DNA of 64,000 bases from NCBI GenBank assembly GCA_040755995.1, contig JBFMAF010000023.1, positions 1 through 64,000 on the forward strand, given 5' to 3'. The first letter of the stretch is position 1. Every line of letters begins with the position of its first letter. The notes below the pieces were generated by a model, which saw only the letters and a list, made by a program, of their open reading frames with translations, did no database searches and was not told the origin of the DNA. The translations under genes were made by a program, and so were the position numbers. The DNA is from Acidobacteriota bacterium. Its GTDB lineage: Bacteria > Acidobacteriota > CAIWXX01. Below, piece by piece: positions 41,715-50,971 of this stretch.

Positions 41715-42130
41715 GTTTCGCACACCAGGCGTCGGCGTCCTCAATAGAGAGCCTCTGCCCTACAAGGATGCAGCCTCCATCACTCATGGTCTCCATGGAT
41801 GTGACCTGGAGCCCCAGCACTGTGGGATCCTCGCACTCCCGCCCACGCTCGACCCGTCGTAGATGACCACGACATGCTGCCAGGTCGAAGACGCCAGAGG
41901 TGACGTCGAGACCAGTGCGGCGCCTCCTTTGTGGGTGAGCCTGATGTGCCCGCTGCTCAGCAGTTCCAATCCGTACGCCACACTCGCCGCGTTCGAGAAC
42001 TGGCGCTAAAAGAGCACGCCCTTCGACCCCGGGTTCGCTTTCACCCACATGGCCACACTCAGTTCCTCGTCATTCCGGCGCAACGCCGGGCTGTCGTGGA
42101 GGTACCCCGGATTGCCGCCGCGGTTTTCAT
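41715..42130 (-). pseudogene. Mosaic remnant: LamG-like jellyroll fragment with in-frame stop plus fragment of 49298-50971 paralog
   Basis: LSVAMWVKA...VLF*...YGLEL...WQHVVVIYDG; then SMETMSDGGCILVG...DAWCAKL matching SMEATSDGGCVLVG...DAWCGKL. Confidence 0.6.
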
Positions 42131-42143
42131 GCACACTCAATAG

Positions 42144-42171
42144 AACGACAACGCGAAGCTTCTCCCGCCAT
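42144..42171 (-). promoter_or_regulatory. Putative ECF promoter copy 3 (ATGGCG-N15-TGTCGTT)
   Basis: Just downstream of the ECF gene, pointing into the LamG remnant. Confidence 0.6.
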
Positions 42172-42294
42172 CCCGCACGCCCCGGCCCTCCCGTCGAGTC
42201 TGCGCCGAAGTCGCCATGATGCGGGGAGTCCGACGCAGGCTCCCGTCGCCGTCCACCACCCGAGAGAACAGCGATAGGGATCGCGCCTGACCCG

Positions 42295-42858
42295 TCAGGG
42301 AGCGAGCGCGGCACGGAGCAGTTCCCGTGCCTCCCGCCAGGCACGTTCGGCCGTGCGAACGGAGACGCCGAGCGCGTCGGCCGTCTCTTCCTCGCTCAGT
42401 CCGGCGAAATAGCGGCACTCGACCACGCGCACGAGTCGCTCGTCCTGGGCGGCCAGGCGCGTCAGGGCGTCGTCGAGCATCAGCATCCTTTCCGCTTCCG
42501 CCTGCACGGCCAGCTGCACCTTGTCCACGTCCACCGGAGTCTGGCCTCCGCCGCGCTTGGACCTGAGCTGCCGTTTGGCGAAGTCCATCACGATCTGCCG
42601 CATGACGCGAGCCGCCACCGCGAAGAAATGGCCGCGGTCCTGGTAGTCGACAGGCGCGCCGGCCGCGAGCTTCAGGTAGGCCTCGTGCACGAGACTGGTC
42701 GTTCCCATTCCCCTTCTCCGTGCGCGATACTGGAGCTGCCGCCTCGCGATCCGTCGCAGGTCGTCATAGACGGCGGCCATGACCTGATCCAGCGCGCCTG
42801 GCTCGTTGCGCACGTGCGCCCGCAACAGCTCGGTCAACTCGTGTAACGCCGGCTTCAT
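42295..42858 (-). CDS. ECF sigma factor, TIGR02999/ECF43-like
   Basis: YDDLRRIARRQL...GTTSLVHEAYLKL...DRGHFFAVAARVMRQI...KRGGG...RVVECRYFAGLSEEETA. Confidence 0.9.
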   Translation of the reverse strand: MKPALHELTELLRAHVRNEPGALDQVMAAVYDDLRRIARRQLQYRARRRGMGTTSLVHEAYLKLAAGAPVDYQDRGHFFAVAARVMRQIVMDFAKRQLRSKRGGGQTPVDVDKVQLAVQAEAERMLMLDDALTRLAAQDERLVRVVECRYFAGLSEEETADALGVSVRTAERAWREARELLRAALAP

Positions 42859-42967
42859 GGGCCTCCGTGTGCGCAGTATACCCCAACCGGCGAGCGCGGG
42901 GTGTCCCCGTTTCTCGTCGCTCGCGCGAGCGACAGCGTCATCCCGGTCGCCTCCATGAGGATTCCAC

Positions 42968-42995
42968 GTGTCGGGTCTGGACTCCTCTTGTCGTT
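42968..42995 (+). promoter_or_regulatory. Putative ECF promoter copy 4 (GTGTCG-N15-TGTCGTT)
   Basis: 71 nt upstream of ATG 43067. Confidence 0.65.
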
Positions 42996-43066
42996 CTCAC
43001 CAGTTGGGAGGCTGATGCACGATGCCCGGGTCCATTGGCCTTTCATGATGAAGAGGAGGAAATCCG

Positions 43067-44710
43067 ATGGGCACGAAGCGTGAATCGATTCTATCCGGAT
43101 TGTATCCGGCTACCTGTGGCTTGACGGCCATGTTGGTTGGGTGTGCGTTCCTGGTGGTGGCGACCTGTGGGGCGAGCAGCGCGATGACAGAGGTGGGCGA
43201 TACGTCGCCTTCTTCTGCCGGTGAATACTCATGGAGCAGGTACTTCGGCGGGAGCGACGTGGACTGTGCCAACGCGATCGCCGTGGACAGCTGGGGGAAT
43301 ACCTATCTTGCCGGCCACAGCAACAGGACCTGGGGCTCGCCGCTGCGTCCTTACACCGGCGGCTTCGATGCCTTCGTGGCAAAGATCGACGCGAATGGCT
43401 CTCTGATCTGGAACACCTTCATCGGAGGCGCCGGTGACGACCGTGCGTACGGAATCGCCGCAGACGAGAAAGGGGACGTCTACGTTGTCGGCGAGGTGAC
43501 GAATTCCTTTGGGATGACTGGCGTGGACGGATTCGTGTTCAAGTACGATGCCAACGGCACGCTCGATTGGGACATGGTGTTAGGCGGTCTCGGGAGCGAC
43601 TCGGTCTCGGGAGTCGTGTCGGATGGACGCGGGAGCGTGTTCCTGGTGGGCACCAGCGAGAACGCCTGGGACTGGACCGCCTTGGGCGTGCCCTTGATCA
43701 GGCCGTACACGGGAGATAGTGACGTCTTCGTGATAAAGATGAACGAAACCACCGGAGCTCTATGGACCACCTTTCTCGGAGGCAGCGCGTACGACGTGGG
43801 AGAGGGCATCTCGGTGGATGCCGAAGGGAGCGTCCGGGTGGCCGGGCTCAGCCTCGGCGGCTGGGGCTCGCCGGTCCGCCCCTATACAGCCACCGACGGA
43901 TTCGTCGCGAGGCTCGACGCCAACGGGTATCTTCTCTGGAACACCTTTCTCGGCGGTGCCGACTACGAGACCTGCCGCGGAGTATCCGTCGACCGGACGG
44001 GGAACGCCTATGTCGTGGGTTCAGCTGGTGGCCCGTGGGGCAATCCCGTCCGGCCGTTCGCCGGGCGCTTCGACGTCTTCGCGGCGAGACTGGGCGGCGA
44101 CGGATCGCTCCAGTGGAATGCTTTTCTCGGAAGCAGTGGTTTGGACATCGGCGCGGGCATCAATGTTGACGGCGGCGGCAATGCCTACGTGACAGGGATC
44201 AGCGATTCCTCGTGGGGCGTGCCGACGAGAGCCTTCACGGACAGCTACGATGCGATTGCTGCGAAGCTGGACTCGAACGGATCGCTCCTCTGGAACACCT
44301 TCCTTGGCGGGTGGGGAGAGGACGCCGGCTACGGCATCGCGGCAGGCACGGACGGCAGCGTCTTTGTGGCGGGTGGCTGCACATCCATGTGGGGGGGCAG
44401 CGTCATTCCGCCAGAAACAAACCATGCCTTCATGGCCAAGCTCGTGCAACCCCAATCCGGTCCCACCATCACGCAGATCAAGTCGAAACGCGCCACACGC
44501 GGCAGCGCTGCGACCGTCATGGGCAGTGGCTTCTCCGCGAAGAAGACCGACAATGTCGTCTACTTCGGCAACCTCAAGGCCGAGATCAAGCGAGCGCGGA
44601 CGACCAGGCTCCAGGTGAAGATCCCGATGAAATGCAAGAAGGGGCAGGTGATGGTGTACGCAGTGGTCAAGGGGGTCAACAGCAACTCGGTGCCGTTCAC
44701 GGTGAAGTAG
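43067..44710 (+). CDS. Secreted SBBP-repeat beta-propeller protein with C-terminal basic IPT domain
   Basis: GAGGAGG RBS; repeats DAFVAK...WNTFLGG...D.A.GIAVD..GN.YV.G; ends PTITQIKSKR...PFTVK. Confidence 0.85.
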   Translation: MGTKRESILSGLYPATCGLTAMLVGCAFLVVATCGASSAMTEVGDTSPSSAGEYSWSRYFGGSDVDCANAIAVDSWGNTYLAGHSNRTWGSPLRPYTGGFDAFVAKIDANGSLIWNTFIGGAGDDRAYGIAADEKGDVYVVGEVTNSFGMTGVDGFVFKYDANGTLDWDMVLGGLGSDSVSGVVSDGRGSVFLVGTSENAWDWTALGVPLIRPYTGDSDVFVIKMNETTGALWTTFLGGSAYDVGEGISVDAEGSVRVAGLSLGGWGSPVRPYTATDGFVARLDANGYLLWNTFLGGADYETCRGVSVDRTGNAYVVGSAGGPWGNPVRPFAGRFDVFAARLGGDGSLQWNAFLGSSGLDIGAGINVDGGGNAYVTGISDSSWGVPTRAFTDSYDAIAAKLDSNGSLLWNTFLGGWGEDAGYGIAAGTDGSVFVAGGCTSMWGGSVIPPETNHAFMAKLVQPQSGPTITQIKSKRATRGSAATVMGSGFSAKKTDNVVYFGNLKAEIKRARTTRLQVKIPMKCKKGQVMVYAVVKGVNSNSVPFTVK

Positions 44711-44810
44711 GCGAGCAGCCCGGGTCGGGCAAGCTTCCGGGGGCGCTGGTGAGCCCCCGGCCGCTCCCCCGCGCCCCGGCAGCCGCCGTCGAGCAGATGG
44801 CGGAAATCCA

Positions 44811-44838
44811 GTGGCGGCTCAGGCGGCCCGTTGTCGTT
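44811..44838 (+). promoter_or_regulatory. Putative ECF promoter copy 5 (GTGGCG-N15-TGTCGTT)
   Basis: 44 nt upstream of ATG 44883. Confidence 0.65.
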
Positions 44839-44882
44839 GTCAGGAGTGAAGGGTCCGAAAGACACAACAAGGAGGATCGAAC

Positions 44883-46112
44883 ATGACCATGATCGAGCGA
44901 ATGAGAACCGTCGCCTTGCTGGCGCTGGCTGTAGTGGCCGCCGCCACGCCCGTCGCCGCTCAAAACGCAGGCGACCTGTACGCCGTGGATTCGATAGTCG
45001 GGAATCTCAGATGGGTGCCCGCCACGGGGCCGGGTGGATTCGTGCAGGGGTACCCCGGCGGCGATCCATGCTTCGCCGTGCCCCCCTATCAATTCGTGCA
45101 TGTCCTCACGAGAGACCTGGCGGTCATGGAGACCGAGGTGTCGCAGCAGATGTGGGAGAACCTCAAGGCGCGGCAGCCGGGTCTGCCCTCGGTCCCCTTC
45201 TACAACCCCGGAGCCAACAAGCCCGCCGAGGCGATCGATTGGTACACTGCAGTCCTGTACGCGAATCTCCTCTCGCTCCAGCAGGGACTCACCCGGTGCT
45301 ATTACACCGACAGCAGCATGACCGTGCCCATTGACGGCACCAACTATGCAGGGAATGACGCAGTGTACTGCAACTTCGACGCGGACGGCTATCGGCTCCC
45401 CACGGAGGGAGAGCGAGAGTACTTCACTCGCGCAGGGACGACTGGACCGTTCTCGATCGACGAACCCGAGTATGATGCCAGCATGTGCTATTCCATCGGA
45501 CCGTCGCCGGGCCCGGGAACCCTTCCGGCGCTCGAATCCGTGGCCTGGTTCAGCTTCAACTCCGGATTGGCAACGCACGATGTCGGCACTAGGTTGCCGA
45601 ATCCGTGGAACCTCCATGACGTGCATGGAAATGTCTGGGAGTGGTGCTGGGACTGGAAGGAGACGTATGGGACGTATCCGACGGGAACGGTCGTCGACTA
45701 CACGGGCCCTGCCAACGGAGACGGCAGGGCGATTCGAGATGCATCATTCAAGTATGGCCCGAAGTCTCTGACTTACTACTGGGCAGCGTGCGGCACGCCC
45801 CCGTTCGAGTGGGTCGACGGCGGATTCCGGCTCGTGCGTACCATCGTCCCGGTGCCATCCGGGCCGGTGATCGATTCGATCAAGAGCAAGCAGAGCAGGC
45901 CCGGATCGAAGGCCACCATCCGGGGGACCGGCTTCTCGCCCAAGAAGTCCGAAAACACCGTCTTCTTCGGCAAGAAGAAGGTTACTAAGATAAAGAAGGC
46001 AAGCGAGAAGCAGCTGCAGGTCGTCATACCTCAGGTTCGCAAGGGATGGATCGACGTAACCGTCGTCGTGGGCGGACAGACGAGCAGCGCGTACCCCTTC
46101 CTCGTGAAGTAG
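44883..46112 (+). CDS. Secreted FGE-sulfatase (SUMF1-fold) domain protein with C-terminal basic IPT domain
   Basis: Signal peptide; ETEVSQ, YRLPTEGEREY, PNPWNLHDVHGNVWEWCWD, GFRLVR; IPT tail. Confidence 0.85.
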   Translation: MTMIERMRTVALLALAVVAAATPVAAQNAGDLYAVDSIVGNLRWVPATGPGGFVQGYPGGDPCFAVPPYQFVHVLTRDLAVMETEVSQQMWENLKARQPGLPSVPFYNPGANKPAEAIDWYTAVLYANLLSLQQGLTRCYYTDSSMTVPIDGTNYAGNDAVYCNFDADGYRLPTEGEREYFTRAGTTGPFSIDEPEYDASMCYSIGPSPGPGTLPALESVAWFSFNSGLATHDVGTRLPNPWNLHDVHGNVWEWCWDWKETYGTYPTGTVVDYTGPANGDGRAIRDASFKYGPKSLTYYWAACGTPPFEWVDGGFRLVRTIVPVPSGPVIDSIKSKQSRPGSKATIRGTGFSPKKSENTVFFGKKKVTKIKKASEKQLQVVIPQVRKGWIDVTVVVGGQTSSAYPFLVK

Positions 46113-46138
46113 CAGGCCGTCGCCTTCTCCTGATCCAC

Positions 46139-46167
46139 GCGCGGGCCGCGCCGGCCGCGGCCCGCGC
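46139..46167. terminator. 12-bp GC hairpin after gene 44883-46112 (no U tract)
   Basis: GCGCGGGCCGCG-CCGGC-CGCGGCCCGCGC. Confidence 0.4.
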
Positions 46168-46446
46168 TCCGAGGTCCTCCCAGACGAGAAGATCGCCCGT
46201 GTGATGGGGCTGCGGACGCATAGAACCGAGATGGGGCTGATATGGACACGAGGACGCATCAACTGCTTCAGAAAGGAGCACGGAATCCCCGCCTATGGCA
46301 AACGCCCGAACAGCGTAACCACACCGCCACACTCGACTCGACGTGTTGATCTCTGTCGAGCAACCAGCTATCATGCTTAACCTTGAGGCCCTGCTGTAGC
46401 TGCATGTCCTGAAGCTATGCAGATTCTCGACATCAAGGAGGATCAC

Positions 46447-48009
46447 ATGTCTCGACGGATATCGCTGACGGGTGTATCGTTGATGGTCGTATGCATTGCG
46501 GCTCTCATCACGACGGGGATGCAGAATGGCGCTCCCGGCGGGCCGATCAAGGTCAAGATGAAGAAGCTCAACACCAGCCGCTTCGAGACGTTTGGAGGGC
46601 TCTCCTCCTGGTCGCAGACCCCTTCGAACGAAGGTACGGTGCCGTCAGACGCCGACGCCTACATGTTGTTCTACGACTCTTCCGGGCAAGAACGCGGCGC
46701 TACCGGCTCCCAGTTCGACAGGCTGTGGCTGCAGCGACTTTGGGATGACGGCGTCCATGGAATGAAACAGTTCGGTTCGCCCAACATGACATATTTTGTT
46801 GGCAGCGGGATGCTCTCAGTAACCGGCGATCCTAACGACGGTGCGGTGTTCCTTACTTTGTGGAATACGGAGAACAAGACTCTGACGACAGTATCCGCGC
46901 CATTCGACAAGATCGATAGTCTCGACTGGGCCAAGGGTCTATTCCCGGAACAAAAGACACCTCCGCCAATCGGACAGGATGGGACGGTCGATATCTACAA
47001 CGACCAGAAAGCCCTGCATGCCGGCGAGATCCCCGGCAGCAAGGGCGTGCGCGCCAACAAGGACAATGCCGCCGTGGGTGTCCTCAGCCAGTCATCCTGG
47101 TATGAGTACGGTGACAACTATATAGGAGCCAACAGTGCAACTGTAAGGTTCTCACAATCAAGCGACTGGGCGAGCGAGGATCCACACTGGACGACGAACA
47201 TCGTCTGGAAGGGGAAGAAACAACTGGCAATGATCGGGCCGCTGCAGCCATCTGGTCCGGGGACGGTCATTTTTCCATTCGCCATCGACCAGTATGGGGC
47301 GGATTCCGGTGCCCTCGCGTCGTTGAAGACCAGCACGGCGTTCACCGGCTCCGTCAAGGGCAAGAAGGTCTCGAAGAGCCAGGTGGTCAAGTACACCCAG
47401 GAGCGCGTGCCGGCTTTCGGATCGCTAGCGTTTCTTGCACAGGACGATGGGAATGCTCGCGATCAGGAAACCGCGGATACGACGCAGATACTCTTTTACC
47501 AATTCCGCAACGCCGAGAAGACGCACTGCGTGTTGGAGAGGTATGGAGGGGAGTACTACTTCCAGCCCATCAAAGGCGGGAAGAAGTCGGGCGCTCCAAC
47601 GGTTATCCCAGTCCCCTTCTGGCAGCACAAGCAGAAGCCCGGGGCCGAGAACTACATTCGAGCCTGGGATGAACAGGTCTCCAATTTCGTGGCTCTCGGA
47701 AACAGCCGCCACATGTGCATTCTCACAAAGCACCTCTACACGGAACCCAGGCAGGCCGGGAACACGGCATCGATCCCGACCCTCACCTATACCGACGCGC
47801 TCTTGCAGGTGCTGGTCTTCGACCTTGCGAAGAAGACAGTGGAAGTCGCAGCGACCCTTGGAATCCCGCTCAGAGAGGGTGACACCTTCTGCCAACCCAC
47901 TGTCTTCATATCGGGGGCCAACTATGTCTTCTACGTCGAGAGGTATAATCAGAAGAGCTGGTTGCGCGAGGCTTTCACCGGCGCGGTGAGTGCCTCTTCG
48001 ATCCACTGA
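46447..48009 (+). CDS. Exported or membrane-anchored hypothetical protein
   Basis: AAGGAGG RBS; MSRRISLTGVSLMVVCIAALITT leader; no family recognised. Confidence 0.75.
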   Translation: MSRRISLTGVSLMVVCIAALITTGMQNGAPGGPIKVKMKKLNTSRFETFGGLSSWSQTPSNEGTVPSDADAYMLFYDSSGQERGATGSQFDRLWLQRLWDDGVHGMKQFGSPNMTYFVGSGMLSVTGDPNDGAVFLTLWNTENKTLTTVSAPFDKIDSLDWAKGLFPEQKTPPPIGQDGTVDIYNDQKALHAGEIPGSKGVRANKDNAAVGVLSQSSWYEYGDNYIGANSATVRFSQSSDWASEDPHWTTNIVWKGKKQLAMIGPLQPSGPGTVIFPFAIDQYGADSGALASLKTSTAFTGSVKGKKVSKSQVVKYTQERVPAFGSLAFLAQDDGNARDQETADTTQILFYQFRNAEKTHCVLERYGGEYYFQPIKGGKKSGAPTVIPVPFWQHKQKPGAENYIRAWDEQVSNFVALGNSRHMCILTKHLYTEPRQAGNTASIPTLTYTDALLQVLVFDLAKKTVEVAATLGIPLREGDTFCQPTVFISGANYVFYVERYNQKSWLREAFTGAVSASSIH

Positions 48010-48305
48010 GGGACTCGAACGTCACCACGATCCACGTGTGCAACCCGCGGGCAAAGGGGAACTCGGGGGGCGCATTCCACGTGTAAGACAGGAGCTCATT
48101 CGGGATCAGGCTCAGGATCCGACACCCTTCTGAGCCGCGCTCGCCTTGGCGGGCCTCCGGGTTGAAGAAGACCTCGAACGGCTCACCCGGCAGTGAGCCC
48201 ATGCCCGCCTGCACGCAGAAGGCTTTCGATCCCTGCGAGGTCGCGAACATACGCCAGACGGTCTCACGATCGGCCACCACGACTGTCTCGACATCGACCG
48301 AAGCC
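48010..48305 (-). pseudogene. SRPBCC/AHSA1-like domain fragment
   Basis: VWRMFATSQG...GSEGCRILS..PNELLSYTWNAPPEFP...TWIVVTFE, cut off at the convergent gene end. Confidence 0.6.
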
Positions 48306-48543
48306 AGAGGAGCTTCGGCATGCGCCGGCTCAAGGCGCCAGGACACCCGCAGGGGGACTGCCGCGATACGAAGAATGCAGAGAGACGGTCCCAGTCCGAG
48401 CTGAGGGGTTTTCGCGAGACCTACCGGCTCCGCGAGCGGAAGAAGGGAAGCGAGTTTCAGGGGACGTGGGTGAACCCAGACCGGCGGAGCGGTTCCCACG
48501 GCCCGGGAGCCGCTCGCCGGCCTGATTTCGAACAGCGCTGACG

Positions 48544-49101
48544 CTACTTCTCTGGATTCTCCCCGCCCGCGGCTCCGAAGTACAGATAGAGTTTCCCGCC
48601 GTAGGCTCGTACGTCACCGGTTCCGCTTCGGTAGAGTTGGAACTCGACGAAGTAGTAGTAGTCCCAGAAGTTCCAGCTGTGGTTGACGTCGACTGCCCCG
48701 AACTGGGTGCCGGTTCCTGCAAACCGGTTGCTGTCGAATGTGGCGACGGTTGAGGTGGAGCCGGTCGTGCGCGACACCCTTCTGAGGTAGGCCTTGACGC
48801 TGTTGGCTGTGGCAGTGCCGTCGGGATCCTTGAAGGTAAGTCCGAACCGATCCCACCCGGGATTCTGCCCCCCATCGTCCGGGTTGTTGACGTTGCAGCG
48901 CATCACTATGTAACCGGTGACACCTGTCTTGAAATAGACCTCTTCATAGGTTGCCAGGTAGTCGTTGACATCGCCTTCGTCAACGACGCAGGCAGAGGCA
49001 ACGCAATTCCAGTAAGGGCCCACCTGGCCGAAGGAAGCCGCCGGCAGTGCGAGGGCCAAGGCGGCGCCTATGAGTGTGATCAAGGTTATGCGGCGATCCA
49101 T
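48544..49101 (-). CDS. Small secreted hypothetical protein
   Basis: AAGGAG RBS; signal peptide MDRRITLITLIGAALALALPAASFG; Cys-containing beta-rich mature part. Confidence 0.75.
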   Translation of the reverse strand: MDRRITLITLIGAALALALPAASFGQVGPYWNCVASACVVDEGDVNDYLATYEEVYFKTGVTGYIVMRCNVNNPDDGGQNPGWDRFGLTFKDPDGTATANSVKAYLRRVSRTTGSTSTVATFDSNRFAGTGTQFGAVDVNHSWNFWDYYYFVEFQLYRSGTGDVRAYGGKLYLYFGAAGGENPEK

Positions 49102-49297
49102 TGTCTCAGACTCCTTTCTGTAGTTGTGGATACCAAGCGTTGAAACGACCTTTCAGATCTCCGACCTCCGTCCTTCACCTCCTTTCAAACAGGTTTCCTC
49201 AGCATTCCCGGGAGGCCTCTCGCTCGAACTGCATATGCCCTACCCACTGCAGTCCTGCTGGCCTGTTCCGCGTGTGTCAACACCTCCTAACGGCGGC

Positions 49298-50971
49298 TCA
49301 CCGGAACTTGTGTGCCGCCTTGTTGTTCCCCTCGTCGTCCTCGGCGACTGCGTTGGCGCTGTCGGTGTCGGCGATCACGTACTTGTCCTTCGTTCCAGGT
49401 TTCGCCTTCACTTTGAAGGAGTAGGCCCCGAACGCCCCCAGCCCCGGGACGTCAACTGTCTTGACGAGAGTCGCTTTGCGCCCGGTGCCGTTCTTCTTCG
49501 AGAAGTAGACCTTGATCGTGAAGGGTCCCGCCGCGGCAGATCCGGAGTTCACGCAGACCATGGTTGCATTCAGCTTCTTCTTCTTGAACTTGACATTGCT
49601 CCAGGATCCGGTCAGGTCAGGGGCCGGCGGCGAGCTGCAATGTAGTGTGACAACCGCGGGCACCGCAGATGGGGCTGCCGTCGACGCGACGCCGATGACG
49701 GCGGTGTCGACGATCGCCGCGGTTGTGGGAGTCGCCGGGAGCGCGGGATACGCGGGGACAACCGAGGAGGGCTGGGGGTTGCACGATGGATCGATTTCTC
49801 CCATCGAGTCGGTGCGACCTACGAAGGTGCTACGCTCCGACCCGTGCGAGTTGTTTCCTGCGAACAGGAAGCCCCCGTCTGAGAGTACCCGCGCCGCCAC
49901 GCTCTCCTCCTGATCAGGACCGGCCGCGGATTTCTGCCACAGCAAGGCGCCGCCGGCGTTGAGCTTCGCCATCCACGCATCGTGTCCCATCGCACCCACA
50001 CGAAGCATTCCAGCGGCAACGTAGCCGCCGTCGCTTGTCTGGCGGACATCGGACAGCCAGGGCTTCGCGGGGTCCGTATCAGGAAACCCCGTCTGCCAAC
50101 TGACAGCTCCCGTGGCCGCCAGCTTCACGATTCTGCTCCCCCCCATGCCCCCGGCCTCCCAGAAGGTGGCGCTCATGATGTAGCCGCCGTCGGAGGTCTG
50201 GTGGATTCTGGTATTCATCGCGGGCTGGCCCTGGGAGATTCCGTAACCCATTTGCCACTTGACACCGCCCGAAGAATCCAGGTTGAGACACCATATCTGG
50301 AACTTGGGAGACGCAAACGTAGAGCTGACCCCTGAGACGATGAAGCCGTTGTCAGAAGTCGGCCGGACGCATTGACTGCTTTCTACCCCGGCACCACCGT
50401 AGGCTCGCTGCCAGATGACATTGCCCGAAGCATCAAGTCTCAAGCACCACGTGTCCTTGCTACCAGAAACGGAGGACTCAGTGGTTCCTGCGACGATGAA
50501 GCCTCCTCCAGCCAGTGCGCGCCCTGACCCCCCATAATCATCTCCAGCTCCACCATATGTCTTCTGCCAGATGATGTTGCCCGTTGGACCGAGCAGCAGG
50601 CACCACAGGTCGGCGTCACCCGCGCCGTATGAGCACGTCAGACCAGTGACGAAATAACTGCCGTCTGCCAGGGGACAGACGTCCGTGAAGGTGTCGTAGA
50701 ACACCGCTCCGCCAAAGGCCCACATCCAGGAGACGTTCCCCTGAGCATCGAGTTTCCCACACCAGGCGTCGACATTCACCCCAGAAAACCTCTCCCCTAC
50801 AAGGACACAGCCTCCATCACTCGTGGCCTCCATTGATCTGAGCAGGAGCTGCCCCGCCGGATCCTCAATCCCTACCGCCCATCGGGCGGCGGCGTGCGCG
50901 AGGCCGGCTGACATGAGCAATGCCATCGCGGCCCACGCGGACACGCACGTGCGAGATCTTGATGAAATCAT
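49298..50971 (-). CDS. Secreted beta-propeller repeat protein with C-terminal basic CARDB domain
   Basis: Repeats QTSDGGY..AG...D.W..KL...G...WQK.YGG; PDLTGSW...VNSG...AEDDEGNN. Confidence 0.8.
   Translation of the reverse strand: MISSRSRTCVSAWAAMALLMSAGLAHAAARWAVGIEDPAGQLLLRSMEATSDGGCVLVGERFSGVNVDAWCGKLDAQGNVSWMWAFGGAVFYDTFTDVCPLADGSYFVTGLTCSYGAGDADLWCLLLGPTGNIIWQKTYGGAGDDYGGSGRALAGGGFIVAGTTESSVSGSKDTWCLRLDASGNVIWQRAYGGAGVESSQCVRPTSDNGFIVSGVSSTFASPKFQIWCLNLDSSGGVKWQMGYGISQGQPAMNTRIHQTSDGGYIMSATFWEAGGMGGSRIVKLAATGAVSWQTGFPDTDPAKPWLSDVRQTSDGGYVAAGMLRVGAMGHDAWMAKLNAGGALLWQKSAAGPDQEESVAARVLSDGGFLFAGNNSHGSERSTFVGRTDSMGEIDPSCNPQPSSVVPAYPALPATPTTAAIVDTAVIGVASTAAPSAVPAVVTLHCSSPPAPDLTGSWSNVKFKKKKLNATMVCVNSGSAAAGPFTIKVYFSKKNGTGRKATLVKTVDVPGLGAFGAYSFKVKAKPGTKDKYVIADTDSANAVAEDDEGNNKAAHKFR

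Noticed and set aside
40914..42177. 46-bp direct repeat first read as duplicated gene ends (DGG...LSFY*) or CRISPR-like repeats
   Set aside because: Only two copies 1.2 kb apart; the conserved positions coincide with the five-copy promoter motif
42916..42933. 18-bp GC-rich palindrome between ECF and SBBP genes
   Set aside because: Single copy and very GC-rich; cannot be distinguished from chance
45720..45840. Diversity-generating retroelement
   Set aside because: No template repeat or reverse transcriptase in the window; several changes are not at positions expected to be adenines
49284..49305. attC-like right half GGTGAGC-CGCC-GTTAGGA on the minus strand
   Set aside because: Spacer is only 4 nt, there is no left arm and it overlaps a stop codon
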